From Camelus dromedarius (Eukaryota), in NCBI RefSeq assembly GCF_036321535.1, contig NC_087437.1:35218001-35282000 (forward strand): a stretch of DNA of 64,000 nucleotides, read 5' to 3'. The notes beneath the pieces are model-generated. The model had not been told where the DNA came from and did no database searches. It worked only from the letters and a program-made list of their open reading frames with translations. Numbering within the stretch: position 1 is the first letter of the stretch; each line of letters begins with the position of its first letter. This document shows, piece by piece, positions 12,457 to 25,404 of this stretch. The position numbers were made by a program, and so were the translations under genes.

Positions 12457-15400
12457 AAAAAAAAAATCCATCTCATTTTTGTTTTCTGTTGACAGGGATT
12501 ATCACATCATTTCCCCCAAGTTTATTCCATAAAGATTTTGAGTGGAGTACATTTAGGGATTAATTTTTATAGAATTTGTAGTGATTTTTCTAAGAAGATA
12601 GATAACTAAACCACATGGATTTCCCCACCTAGGCATGCTGTCTTCTTTTAAATACAAATGAATTATGTACCTATCAAGAGGCATCTGAGAAGGGTTTTAT
12701 GAAGCACACCTTTTCTTTTTTCCATTTGTGGCCTCTTAGAGCCCTATAACAAGGATATTCTACCATGGTTCCCATTGCCCCAGGAAGTCCAAAGTCCACA
12801 CATTTCACTGGAAGGCTCATGAGTATGCTGGAAGCAAGGCTGCACTAAGGGGTATTTAGATACGGACTGAGCAAGTCTCAGGGTACTTAATGACAGTCTT
12901 GCCAGAAGTCAAAGGGCAGTCTACCTAACAGGTCAACTCTGAAAGGGACCAGCAGGACTGCAGCTCTCACTGGTGAGACTTAAAAAGAGACCTTGAGTTA
13001 GAAGATGGATACTCTTACCTTCTGCACTGAATCTCATCATCCTCTTCTAAGATCTTGGGAGGTGACATGCACAATAATCTTCTTTGCTGAGGTAGAAGAT
13101 ACTTAAGACTATGAAACCCTGACTTGGGACCTTGTAAGAGGAGACAGGGGGAGGACCCAGGAGATGAGAATTCTTCCAGTGAAAAGGAAGATTTTTAGAA
13201 TGAAGGGGCTTGAAGAAGCTGTATACCAGCTGGATGGTAACATGTCCCCTCCCAGGTAGTGATCCCTTTCTGAAAAGGGTCTGAACATGCCTGCACTGCC
13301 TTAAACTAGCCCTGGGTCACTTAATAGTGGTGAAGAAGAAGGGAAGCCTGTCCTTCCAACCCTTCCCAGTCTCCAGGGAAGTGAGGGCTGCAACCTTTCA
13401 ATGGGATTGTGTCAGAGTTTTGTGGGCATGGATGAGGGAATTTCAAGAACTAGGGAGAGCCCATCCTAAAGCTGCAGCAGGCAGTGGTAGACCCTCCCAT
13501 GATGCTGGAGGAGAAATCTGGAGAGGATGATGTGCGATGTCATTAACTACAAACTTTCTGGTAACCCCAGTGACATCCAGAGGGGCAGAGGGGCACTGCA
13601 AACTCTTGTATAGCTTTAGTAGGGAAGAGGGTGAGACAGTGCATGAGAGACCAGGACTATGCACAACCATAGTCTTCTGAAAATCTTTAGAAAGATCAAC
13701 ATTTCATCTGCTACTGATGATCAAACTGTTAGTATTTTATAAATGGAAACAAAGGATTCTTAAAGGAAATGGTGGTAATTGTTTTAGTAATTTAGATTTT
13801 TACATTAATCTTTTCTCACAAAGTAGGCTGCAGTCACCTAGGCCTTCTGTCAGTTCCTACAATTTTCCTAATGCAATTTTCTTTGCTCAGGCTGTTTTCT
13901 CTGCTACAAACACTCTTCCCCTGGCTTTTTTTCTTTTTCTTTTTCTTTTTTTCAGAACTGGCTCTTTCTCATGCATTATGATGATTTTTTAAAATTGAGG
14001 TATAGTTGACTTCCAAATTATATTAGTTTCAGGTATACAACATAGTGATTCAAGTTTGCTAATAAAACAGAAAATCATTAACATGAAAAAAAAAAAGCCA
14101 CATCTGTTGATCAAATGTGTGATCAAGTGCTGACCAACCCTTAATTCTCTTCCCCTCCGTGTAGGAAGGAGGAGGAAGGGAATGGATGGTGCCCCACGAA
14201 GTGCATGGGGAGGTGGACACATGTGCTGCTCTAGCCGCTGTGAGGGAAACCTGCTCCATAACAGAAAATTTGACTCACTCCGTCGGCCAAGCTGGAGTCA
14301 GAAGGAGAGGCCCATGTTTTGTCACTGAGATGGTCACATGGGTAAAAGGATGAGATGTAAATTTCCCTTGCATTTCCAACACAAAAGCTGGTGTGCTTCT
14401 TAGGTGGCTGAATTCTTGCCAATGAGATCCTAAATGCAGCAAAACCAGGGGACACTTCATGCCTGTCCATTCTGAAACTCATTGGAACATCTCAGGGAAA
14501 AGTCTTGATTTGAAAAAGTTAAGATTTTATATACACTTGGATTTGACCTCAAACAAGAACCTTGCATCCTGCTAGAATGCTGATTGCACCAGAGAAGGAG
14601 AGAAGCTGCATATATCCAGAGACTTGATGAAACCATGTGCCCTGGGAATGGTTAAGTTGGGAGGAGCTTGGAGCAGGGGAGGATAATTGAAGGAGCATCT
14701 GTCCTAAATTAGGTAACTCACTATGTAACTGTTGACATTTCTCCTGATATTTCACAGCTGATCATGGAGCTACCGCCACTAGTTTCTCCAACAAACTGAA
14801 TGATGTTTTTTAGCACAGGCAGCTCCTGTTTTCCGTCTGTTATGTGCATGCTGATGCCATCAAAGAAAAAGTCCAGCTTCTCTTTTGGAAACTGGAAAGG
14901 TTGTCAGCAGCTTCAGAATGGTGCAGTGTATCTTAGCCAAGCAAAACTTTGCCTGAAAGAAAAATCGTGCTACCCTGTGTACAGATGGGGTCCCTGGATA
15001 CTTGGCATTTTGCTTGGCTTTCCTGCCTGGTGGCATGTTAGAGTAATTCACGTTTTTGATATAAGCGCGTGTTGACATCAAAACCCTGTCAAAAGTCCTG
15101 AAAGAAGTCATGCTTACTGCTATGTGAAGTATTAAATTCATAACCAGAAACTTTCAAGAAGTTTTGTCAAGAAATGGGCCAGATACAAAGTTCCTCTCTA
15201 TTACACAGTTTACTGGTTTCCTAAGAGCAAATCTTGAAACAAGTGGTTGGATGTCAGATGGAGATTTCCATTTTCTGAGAGAAAAAGAAAATAAATCTAC
15301 TCAGTTTGGGCATGGGAACAGCTCATTCATGGCCTGACTTATCTGACAAATATTTTTGGTCACATACTTGAGTAAATCTTTTGATTCAAGCTTCTGCAGT

Positions 15401-15663
15401 GAAATTATGGGTGTCATTGAAAAATTACAAGCCCTTTGATCAGGCTGCTACTGGAGGTGGCCAAGTATGTGAATTTTCGGATGAGGATATACTTTTGTAG
15501 CCTGGAAATGGGGATGCTGAGAAGATAGCATTGTATATAGACCCCTGGCAATGTGGTAGCATTTGTTTGAAAATTATTTTTCTCAGATAAAATAGGACTT
15601 TGGATTTGATATTCCTTCCTTGCTGACAAAGAGCACCAATAATTCAGACTTTGCTGAAGATAC

Positions 15664-16174
15664 TGTGATGGTTAATTTTCTGTACCAACTTGATTAGACC
15701 ATGGGGTACTCAGATATTTGGTCAAATATTCTGGGTATTTCTAGGAGGGTGTTGTTGGGTGTAATTAACATTTAAATGGATAGACTGAGTAAAGCAGATT
15801 GTCCTCCCTAATGTGGGTGGGCCTCATCTTATCAGTTGGCCTGAATAGAACACAAAGGCTGACCCTCTTCTGAGTAAGACAGAATTCTTCTTGCCTAACT
15901 GTCTTGGAACTGAGATATTGGTGTTTTTCCTGACTTTGAACTCAAATTGAAACACTGTTGCTTCCTAGGTCTCAAACTGCCAGCCTTTGGACTGTGAAAC
16001 TACACCGTTGGATCTCCTGGGACTTGCCAGGCTCCATAATCACGTGAGTCAATTTCTTATTATCTCTATATAGAGATATCTATATCTATTTCTATGTCTA
16101 TATCTATTTCTATGTTTATCTGTATCTATATTCATATCCTTTTGGTCTATTCTCTGGAGAACCCTGACTATTAC
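15664..16174 (+). mobile_element. ERVL solo LTR (MLT2B-like) with internal (TCTATA)n-like simple repeat
   Basis: Starts TGTGATGGTTAATTTT; gagtaaagcagattgtcctccctaatgtgggtgggcctcat; ends ctctggagaaccctgactattaca. Confidence 0.85.
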
Positions 16175-17849
16175 AGATACCATCATTGATGTAAGGGCAC
16201 AAGAGATGACTTGACTTACAGTCAATTCAGAGACCTGGAGAACCCTAGTGTGTCTGGACACAAGATTATTTTAATCTGGCAAATCAAATGATAGTAGTTT
16301 TTATTTCATTTACTGCAGAGAATTATTGTAACCTTAAGAACTAGCCCCCAAATTCCTCTTTGAGAGGACTATCTTTGTTGAAAGTTATTCTCTGACAAGT
16401 GTGTAACTGGGATGGATTTTGCTCAAGTGCTAGAACTGGTGATTTGCCCCTCCATACCTCCAACTCCCACTTTGAGGCACTTGTGCAGATCCTGGGCTTT
16501 TGAAAAATGAAATGTTTATATGACCAGTTTTGGGTGTAGTGAGTCCAGATAAATGTCCCTGTGGTGGATGACCCATGAGTGGCAAGCCCCCCGCATCTGC
16601 AATGGAAAGTCAACACAGCCCCTGAGTATAGTTCCTGAGCTGCCTGTGACCCTCAGTGGGATGGCCATGGGTGGTGGCTTGGTATGGGTACAGCTTCCAT
16701 CAGGCTCCCTGCAGAGATGGTGACTCTGTTCTTTCACTTGCTGCCCCTCCCCACCCCACTTTGTGATTCAGCTCCTCCTCTGACCTCCTCTCAGTGATGC
16801 TCTGGTACCCGCTCTCCTCCCTGTCACGTCTTTCCCCAGATAAACCTCACTGAGTTCCCATGGAGATTTGAGGGTGGCATTGTTGGCTTCTCCTTCACTT
16901 TTCTTTCAAATGAATTATGATTAAATTCCACACCCTGTTTCCCACTTAACAGCCCACTGTAGATGTAAAACAGGAATCAAAAGTTGAACAAAAACCAGAA
17001 ATCCCACAAAACCCTCCAAAACCCTATGTGATGCTTTTTGTTTCTTGTATGCCTGCTTTTAAAATTCTCATCCTTTTCAAGGCAATGTGGCTGCCTCCTG
17101 TAGACTGGCGAGGGTCAGGACAAAGAATGGTACAGGGACAATAGGAACAAGATCATCACTAGGTAAGGGGGAGCCCTTTCAGTGTCTGGATGTCAGTGAG
17201 CCCCTAGGCTTCAGAGAGTGAACACGATTGCTTTGTCTAATAGAAAGAAAAATTTGGAGTCGGTAAAATGGTACAATGTTACTTGACGCGACCTGTCTGT
17301 GCTCTTCACCAAAAAGTAAAAAAATTCAATCAAATCTATTATTGTCACAAAAGCTTGTGTGTAAGAAGGGGCTAAGATGGAATTAGTGCTGGGTAGGGGA
17401 AGGCTAGAGGTAAGGACATCAAAGCTTAGAGATGAGGCCAGACCGAGGCCAGTTGGTGCAGAATTAGTGGAAACCTTGAGGTGGAGCTTTGCATTTCATG
17501 AGCCATGAAATTATTGAGTACAAGGAGATTTTACCTAAAAATCAAGGGGGCAGCGAGGCCTCCAGCTGTCTTGAAGGTTATAATGATTCACATCTTTGTG
17601 ATTAAGTGCTTATTAGAAACCAGAAATGGAAATGAATTGGCTATTAAAGCTGACAAGTGTGTTATGTCAAAGATCTCTGCAATTTTAACTTCTTATTCTT
17701 GCCGGATAACTTCAGAATTCTCATTTCTAAGCAATCATCAAGCCAATTTTCATTTCATGTGAACAATTGGATTGATTTCACATTTTCAGGAAGTTGCCAC
17801 TAATTTCTGCAAGGGAAAAAAAAAAAAAAAGAAAGAAAGAAAGAAAATG

Positions 17850-18270
17850 TACCAGTCAGGGCCGATAAAGCAGAAAAGGGTTTTACTGAGAGAGTATGGG
17901 TCTGCTCCCAGAGTTTCCGGGAGAGCTGGCTGACCAGCCTTGTGAAGTCAGCAGGAACAGTGGTAGACCAGGTAGCCAGAGCCGTGGCCAGCATCGCATC
18001 ACAGAACCGAATTCAGGGAGGCACCTTGCCATCTCTAAAGGGTCCTGGATGCCTGTTTCACCACTGCTGCCGAAGACACAAACATAGCACCCAGCTGCTG
18101 CTGGCTGGGCCACTGTAATGGATTTTGTGCTGTTCCTGCCTCTCTGGCCAAACTGAGAATGCCAGGCTGGTGTATTGAACTGGCCCAGTCTTGCTGGTAG
18201 TCCATGCCCTAAATGTCAGGGAGCCAGGGAACAAGCATCTAGGCTTTGTGACTCTTGTGGTGGCAAGTAA
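17850..18270 (-). mobile_element. Old MaLR-type LTR fragment (MLT1K/L-like, subfamily uncertain)
   Basis: Degenerate motifs gaactggcccagtcttg..catgccctaaatgtcagggagccagggaacaagcatctaggc. Confidence 0.4.
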
Positions 18271-18435
18271 GCTTGAACAATGAATGAGGCTAACAAGGGA
18301 GGTTAAATGAAAGATAGAAATGACGTCATTTACAATTTTGGGAGAATTTTTAAAATAAAAATTTTTTAATGTTGCCTATGTGAAAGCAATAAACATTCAA
18401 AGCAATAATATAAAATGTATATAAAAATGTCCATG

Positions 18436-18697
18436 GTGAGTGGAGGAGGGCTAAATTAGGAGTTGGGATTAACAAGTACACATTACTATATATGAAATAG
18501 ATAAACAACATGGACCTACTGTATAGCACAGGGAATTGTATTCAATTTCTTATAATAAGCTATAATGGAAAAGAATCTGAAAAAAATATGTATGTATATA
18601 TATGTATAACTGAATTGCTTTGCTGTACACCTGGAACTAATATTGTAAATCAACTACACTTCAGTAAAAAACAAAATTAAAAAACAAAACAAAAATT
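18436..18697 (+). mobile_element. 5'-truncated L1 3' end with A-rich tail
   Basis: aattaggagttgggattaaca..gataaacaacatggacctactgtatagcacagggaa..tgctgtacacctggaactaa..aaatcaactacacttcagtaaaa. Confidence 0.88.
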
Positions 18698-18859
18698 ACC
18701 CATGAGTGTTTGTAGATATAATTTTGGGGGGGAGTAGATGCATAGGTTACATAAACTTTTCAAAAACTTACCATCTTCATATTCTTTCCCCAATGCCAAA
18801 TTTTCTTTCTCATCTTCATCTAGAGAGTTTGACTGCATCACACTCAAAGCTCAGAATGT

Positions 18860-20200
18860 CCCTTGAACATGTGAAAGATGCTTAAATTCTCTCATAATAA
18901 GAAAAGTACAAATTTAGGTGACAGTAAGATACCATTTATTACCAGTTACATTGGCAAAAACCAAAAAGTTTGACATCATATTCTGTTAGTGAAGCTTTTG
19001 GGAAACTGGCTGTTTCTTACACTGCTGATGGGTATGTGAAATTGTCTGACTCTGTAGAGGAAGCTTTGGCAATATGGAGCAAAATTATATATGCATAATC
19101 TTTCTTCTAGGACTCCATCTCAAAGATGCACTGCCAAAAAATACAAACATGTGCACAGAGCTTTTCATTGCGGCATTATTTGTAATGCTCAGTGTGGTAA
19201 GTAGAATTCTAAGATAGACCCACCCCTTCTGAGCCATCCTTTCCCCCTGCGACATATGCCTTGTATGGCCCCTTCCTCTTGAGCGCAGGCGGAATCTGTG
19301 AACACGATAGGGTTTTACTCTCAGGAGTAGGCTACATTACATGACAAAGGTAAAGGACTTTTTCAGGTAAAATTCAGGCCCCTAACCAGTTCACTTTGAG
19401 TTAATCAAAGGGGGAATCTACTGAGTAGGCCTGACCTAATCAGATGAGTCCTTGAAGCAGAGATTCTCTTGATGGATCTGGAGAAGTAGGCTACCACATG
19501 TGAGGGGACCTCTGGAGGGGGTTCTGTGGTTAGGACCCGAGGAAGGCTTCTGGGTTGTGAGAGTCATCCCAGATGACAGCTAGCCAAAAACTGGGGATTT
19601 CTCTTTACAGTGATAAGGAACTGAATTCTGCCAACACTAGCGGACTTGGAAGAGGACTCTGAGTTGCACGTGAGATCACAGCCTTGGCCAAAACTTTGAT
19701 TTCAGCCTGGTGGGATGCTGAAGAGAGGACCCAGACAACCTTGTGCAGATTCCTGACCCACAGAAACTGTGAGGTAATCCATTTGTGCTGTTTTAAGTTA
19801 CTAAATTTGCGGTAATTTGTGATGCAGTATTAGAAAACCAATACACTGACAAACAAAATACTACCAAAATGTCCATCAATACGGGACAGATTGAATAGAC
19901 TATGGTATATTCACACAAGGGAGTACTTTGTAGTTGTAAAAAGGGAAAAAAAAGATCTAGGTGGTTGATGGTGTTTTCGTGGGCAGTCTTTTGTATAAGA
20001 AAAGGGGAATGTGAGTATATATACACCAGTGCTTCTATTTTCAGAAGGAAACAATGGGGTGACTAACCAAAATAAACAAGTATGGTTACTTAAAGGGGGA
20101 GTCCTGGATCAAGGAGGAGGAGATAGGACTCATGCGAGGCTTTGTGGGTATACCTTGTTGTATTTCTTGACTTTGGTTCTTTGGTTTACATAATTAAAAA
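18860..20200 (+). mobile_element. Ancient L1M (L1MC/ME-like) fragment split by the MLT1E LTR
   Basis: ttggcaaaaaccaaaaagtttgaca, gcattatttgtaat before the LTR and aaatgtccatcaata..ggtatattcacaca after it. Confidence 0.65.
19193..19845 (+). mobile_element. MaLR solo LTR (MLT1E-like)
   Basis: Starts TGTGGTAAGTAGAATTCTAAGAT; aaggaactgaattctgccaaca; cctgacccacagaaactgtgag; ends gaaaaccaataca. Confidence 0.85.
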
Positions 20201-20251
20201 CAAAATGAAAGAATAGCTAAGGAACTATTAAACATTAAAGACTACTGGAAA

Positions 20252-20448
20252 GAGGGGAGGGTACAGGTCAGTGGTAGGGTACATGCTTAGCATGTGTGAA
20301 GTCCTGGGTTCAATCCCCAGTACCTCCACTAAAAATCAAAAAGCAAAAAACCTGAATATATGTATGTATATGTATGATTGAACTATTATGCTGTACACCA
20401 GAGATTGACACAACATTGTAAACTGACTATACTTCAATTAAAAAAAAA
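20252..20448 (+). mobile_element. Chimeric insertion: vic-1 SINE head (20252-20350) fused to a ~95-nt L1 3' terminus with poly(A)
   Basis: A single imperfect 15-bp TSD pair AAAGACTACTGGAAA (20237-20251) / AAAGGCTAATGGAAA (20446-20460) brackets both parts. Confidence 0.75.
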
Positions 20449-20609
20449 GGCTAATGGAAATAAGCAAATCTAGCTGTGTATCAATTTGGTAGCATAATCA
20501 CACACATAAATGAATTATTTAAAGTAATAGCAAAGCAGTGTTTTGACTGTTCCTTCCTAGTGGAATGTATCTAAGGACAGATTTATATATGTGCGCTAGA
20601 AAACCACTC

Positions 20610-21410
20610 ACATAGTCCAAGTAGGGTAAACACAAAGAGGTCCACACCCAGACATATTGTAGTAAAAAGAGTGAAAGACAAAGACAAAGAGAAAATCTCA
20701 AAAGGAGTGAAAGAAAAGACCCTTCACAAACGAGGAAACTCCTGTAAGATTAATAGATGATTTCTCATCAGAAATGACATGGGCTGAAGGTAGTGGGATG
20801 ACATATTCAAAGAACTGAAAGAAAAAAATTATCGACTAAGAATCTTAAATTCTGCAAAAAGGGTGAAATAAAGACATTTCCAGATAAGCAACAATGGAGA
20901 CAGTTGCTAGACGATCACCTTTTCTGAAATACTAAAGAGTTCTTCAGGCTAAAAGCAAGTGACCCCAGACCTTAATTCAATTGCACACTCAAAACCCAAA
21001 AAGTAGTGGTAAAGGTAATTAGATAATTATAAAAGGTGCATATTTCTTCTGTAAACTACAAAAGTAATTGTATTAAATTATGTATATAAACAAATTATTG
21101 GTCCTAAAACACATAGGAATGCAGCATATTTGAACAGCACAGAAGAAGTGGTTGGGAGCAAAGCTATGCTGGACTAAGGAAATGACACGAGCTGGTAACT
21201 TGAATGTGTGGGAACAAAGGGAGAGAACCAAAAATCGTAAATAAGGAGATTCACGAACTCTAGATATATACTTGCTCTCCTTTATTCTCTCAACTTCTTT
21301 AAGAGACAGAACTATATAAAGTAATAATGAAAACAACATACTGTTGGGTTTGTCACACATATAGATGTAATATGTATAACAATTATAGCACAAAAAGAGG
21401 AGAGAGAGAA
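20610..21410 (+). mobile_element. Old L1 fragment (ORF1 C-terminal region and inter-ORF)
   Basis: cccagacatattgtagtaaaa..gacaaagagaaaatc..gatttctcatcagaaa..tgggatgacatattcaaag is typical of L1 ORF1. Confidence 0.75.
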
Positions 21411-21414
21411 AAGA

Positions 21415-21950
21415 GCGATACCCAAGAGAGTTGAAAACATGTCCATGCACAAACTTGTACACAGATGTTGATCACAGCATTATTTCATAATACCCAAAAA
21501 CTGGAATCAACTCAAATGTCCATCAGCTAATGAATGGACAAAGGAAATGTGATATAGCTGTACAATGGAATATTATTCAGCCATTAAAAGGAGTAAAGTT
21601 CTGATGTGTGCTACAATAGGGATAAGCCTTGAAATGCAAAGTGAAAGAAGGCAGACAGAAAAGACTTCCTAGTGTATGATCATTTTATATGAAATGTCCT
21701 TTATGGGCAAATCTATAGATTCAGACAGTGGGTTAGTAGTTACCTAGGGCAGAGGATGGATTGAGGTGTAGGAGACATGGGAGTTACCACTGATGGATAT
21801 GGAGTTTCTTTGTAGGGGAATAAAGTGTTCTAAAATTCATTGTGATGATTGCACAATTCTGTGAACAAACTAAAAACAATTGAATTGTATACATTAAATG
21901 GGTGAGTTGTATAGTATGTGAATTATATCTTAATGAAGCTGTTAAAAAAA
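21415..21950 (+). mobile_element. L1MB-like 3' end
   Basis: aaaacatgtccatgcacaaacttgtacacagatgtt..caaatgtccatcagctaatgaatggac..gtgaattatatcttaatgaagctgttaaaaaaa. Confidence 0.85.
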
Positions 21951-23539
21951 GTCTTATGAACTCATGTCAACAGTGCAGAGTAGCCAGCTGGGGGAAAGGA
22001 GGTCCCAGTGCACCAGATAATTTGAGCATCAAAAAGACTGGCTGCATTGAGTTATAACACAGCACATATGTAAAAACTAGTGAGTTTGTAAAGACAGCAA
22101 GACAAAACAAAGAAAATATCCCACATTCACCACTGGAGGTTGCCAGAGCTCCAGTCATTTCTCTGGAAAACTGAAAAAGGGAAAGAACCTCGCTTGCTCT
22201 GCCTTATCTGTGTGAATTATATGTTTATGTAACTGAAGACTTGATGAAGGAAGATTCTTCCTTATAGAAGTTCAGCTAAAAGATGCAGAAAGAATGGTAG
22301 AGTTAGAAAATCACTGTAGATTTTCAGTAAATGGCATCATTTTTACACTAAATCACAAATTGTTTATTGTATCTTCTGCATTATTATTTAATTCCTATAT
22401 TTATACCCCTGTTTTACAACAACATTGTCAGTTCCATGAAGGCAGGAAGCATGTATATTATACTCCCTTGCTTTCTAAAGGGTCTAGCATGAGCTAAGTT
22501 AATTTCTGTAAAAAAAGATACGCTTCACTGATAGATAAGAATATGAAATTGTATTATTTGTTTATAGCATCAGAATGACCTTAATATCTTCTAATGAAGG
22601 TAGACTGATTTTCTAAGAATTTATTCCAAGTTAAAAGTGGCATTTTAATGGAACTCTCTTAGCAGTATTATTGTTTTTTCAGTTAGTGGAAGAAGAATGG
22701 TTAGTCAGTTAAATTATAAAAAAAACTTTTCTTGGAAATTCATGGATGAGATGTTTTGCTCATATAATTTAGGTTCTAATGTTGACTACTTAATGCACAT
22801 TTTTAGCTTAATTGCTGGAAAGCAATATCACCACAAGTTGAAATAGTTTTGAAATAGAGAAAGACGTAAAATTATAGTGAACATGTCATTTGGAATAATT
22901 GGCATTCTAAACAAAGTCTGAAAGAAGTCATTAGAGGTACTTAGAGCAATAGCTGATAGTGCTTAAAAGACCCGTATAAGTTGAATTTATTTACTTTATA
23001 CATTTAAAGGCTTCGCATATATAATACTAAAATTGCTGTCCTAGTTTTTAAATAAGTGAAACTCTTTTATTTTTTCTAATAACTAAATTGTTTGGAATCC
23101 TTAAAATAGCTATTGCTGTTCTCAATATAAAGCTTACTTACCAAATATGATGCCAGTCCCACATTTCAAAAACTTTAAACAGATATGAATATGTTTTAGT
23201 TACAACGTCTAAGTGAGGCAAATTCTATAGCTTCTTTTTAGCTAGTGATATTTTTAAACAACTTTCTCATTCTCAGGAAATATTACAATTAAGTAAAAAT
23301 TTGTCTTTTCAATATTAATAGATATTTCTTTATTTCTACTTACATATGGAATTTCTTTTCCAAAAATGTTTTCCCTAAGAAAATATTTTCTTCTTGTGGT
23401 TCATACAATATATGAGCATAATTCAATTTACATACGTTATTGGAAAAAGTAAACTGTGATGCTTCTGCTTGAGCTTGAATCAATACTTAATTTTATGTAA
23501 ATAAATATTTCAAAATTGTATTCTTTACTGCCATCTCTG

Positions 23540-24670
23540 TCCAGGATGGATTAACAGGCACAGGATTTATCTTAAACAAGTAAATAACCAGACAAAATAT
23601 ATGGAACAATGGTTTTCAGATATTGAACCTCGGACAGTACATGAAAATGATCTCTGAGAGAAGGGAACAAACAAGATGAAGCCCACAGTCACTCAAGCTA
23701 CAGACTAAAGAGAGTTTCCAGGCTTCAGTGCAGGGTCGGGGAGTCCATACAGAACCTGGCTGTCTCTCCCAGCTGAGGAGACAGAGTGCAGAGTTCATGG
23801 GAGCCAAGACACTTAAAATGGAAAGAGCAGAGTACTGGTACTGGAGAGGAGAGCTGCATAGCCAGAGAGTTCTGGACACCTGGCTCTCGAATGTTTATAT
23901 AGAAAGGATCAGACGGAATCGTCCATGGAGCTCACGTGGTGTCAGGAGCAGTTTGGGTTTCTACCAGCCAGAGTGGAAAGGCCTATTTATTCCTAGGACA
24001 TTGAGAAGAGAGTCAAATGGCCCTGGATGAAGAAGAGAAAACTATGACATGCAGGTCCAGTCTGGCCTTTTTTGTAACAGCTGACAAGCTAGCAATTGTT
24101 TTTACATTTTTAAAGGGTTGTTGAAAGCAAATAAAGAAGAGTACGCAACAGATACATGGCCTGCAAATCTAAGTAGTAACTATCTGGTCCTTTATCAAAA
24201 AAGTTTGCTGAGACCTACCCTAGACTAAATGCTGTTTTAAACCTGCTTAGTAAAGGTTAAAAACAAAAGTATCTATTTCCTAGTAAATGAACCACATCCT
24301 AAAACAGAGCCTAAAAATATTTAATGGGAAAAAATTAGTATCCATTTCTAAGAAAATTTCTGCATCAGTGTTCAAAAATATTTAAAGGATTACAAAAAAC
24401 CCAGTATCCAACAATGTAAAAATCACAATGTCTCGCATCTAATAAAAAATTACCAGGTATACAAGGAGGCAGTAAAATATGACTCATAATGAAGACAAAA
24501 GTAAATTAATAGAAACAAAAAGATGGCATTGATGATAGAGTTGGAAAGGACAATAAATTGGCTATTATAAATATACTCCATGTGTTGAGGAAAGTAGAGA
24601 AAAGCATGAGCATGATGAAGAGAGAAATGAAAGGTATGAAATAACACCTAAACTGAATTTCTAGAGATGA
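23540..24670 (+). mobile_element. Ancient L1 5'/ORF1-region fragments interrupted by a MER58-like element
   Basis: A-rich L1M motifs (aaaattaccaggtatacaaggaggcagtaaaatatgactcataat, ctattataaatatactccatgtgtt, gaatttctagagatgaaa). Confidence 0.55.
24050..24222 (+). mobile_element. MER58-family hAT-Charlie DNA transposon fragment
   Basis: gtttttacatttttaaagggttg...tggcctgcaaatctaag..actatctggtcctttatcaaaaaagtttgctga. Confidence 0.7.
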
Positions 24671-24679
24671 AACTGTGTT

Positions 24680-25320
24680 GTACACCAGATCTCTAGGATT
24701 TATTCAACTTGCATAACTGCAACTTTGTATTGTTTCACAAATACCCCTTGTTTCCCCCTCCTTCCAAGCCCTAGCAACAGCCAATCTATTCTCTGCTTCT
24801 ATGAGTTTGACTGTTTCAGCTTCCTCATATAGTTAACAATATTATATACTTAAAACTTTGCTGAGAGGATAGATCTTATGTGAAGTGTTCTTATTAGACA
24901 CACACACAAAATTAAGAGGATGGGAAGAAACTTTTGTGGGTGCTGGATATGTTTTGTAAATTATTTATAGATGGATATGTTTATAACATAGATTGTGGTG
25001 ATAGTTTCCTGGATATTTACTTATCACCAGATTCATCAAGTTGTATACATTAAATATGTACAGGTTTTTCCCAAACACCATTCTTTTTAATTTTTCACTG
25101 AATTTTCCAATTACTGTTTTTCCCTCCAACTTTATTGAGGTATAATGGATAAATTATAAGATATTTAAAGTGAAATATGTATAGATTTTTGTATGTCAAC
25201 CATTCCTCAATAAATGGATAAAAAGAAGACAGTGTCATATTGGCATAAGGATAGATACATAGATCAGTAGAACAGAAATAAATCCACCCATGCATGTACA
25301 ACTGGATTTTCCCCCTTATC
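24680..25320. mobile_element. Mosaic of short L1 fragments in both orientations
   Basis: Minus-strand piece 24680-24830 (tattctctgcttctatgagtttgact); plus-strand 3' piece ~24830-25070; further fragments to 25320. Confidence 0.6.
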
Positions 25321-25404
25321 CTTTTACCCTGCTTTTTCATTCTTCATTTCCTTGTCTGACATTTCAGATAGTTATTTGATAATTATCTGTCGCTCCCAAA
25401 TGAA

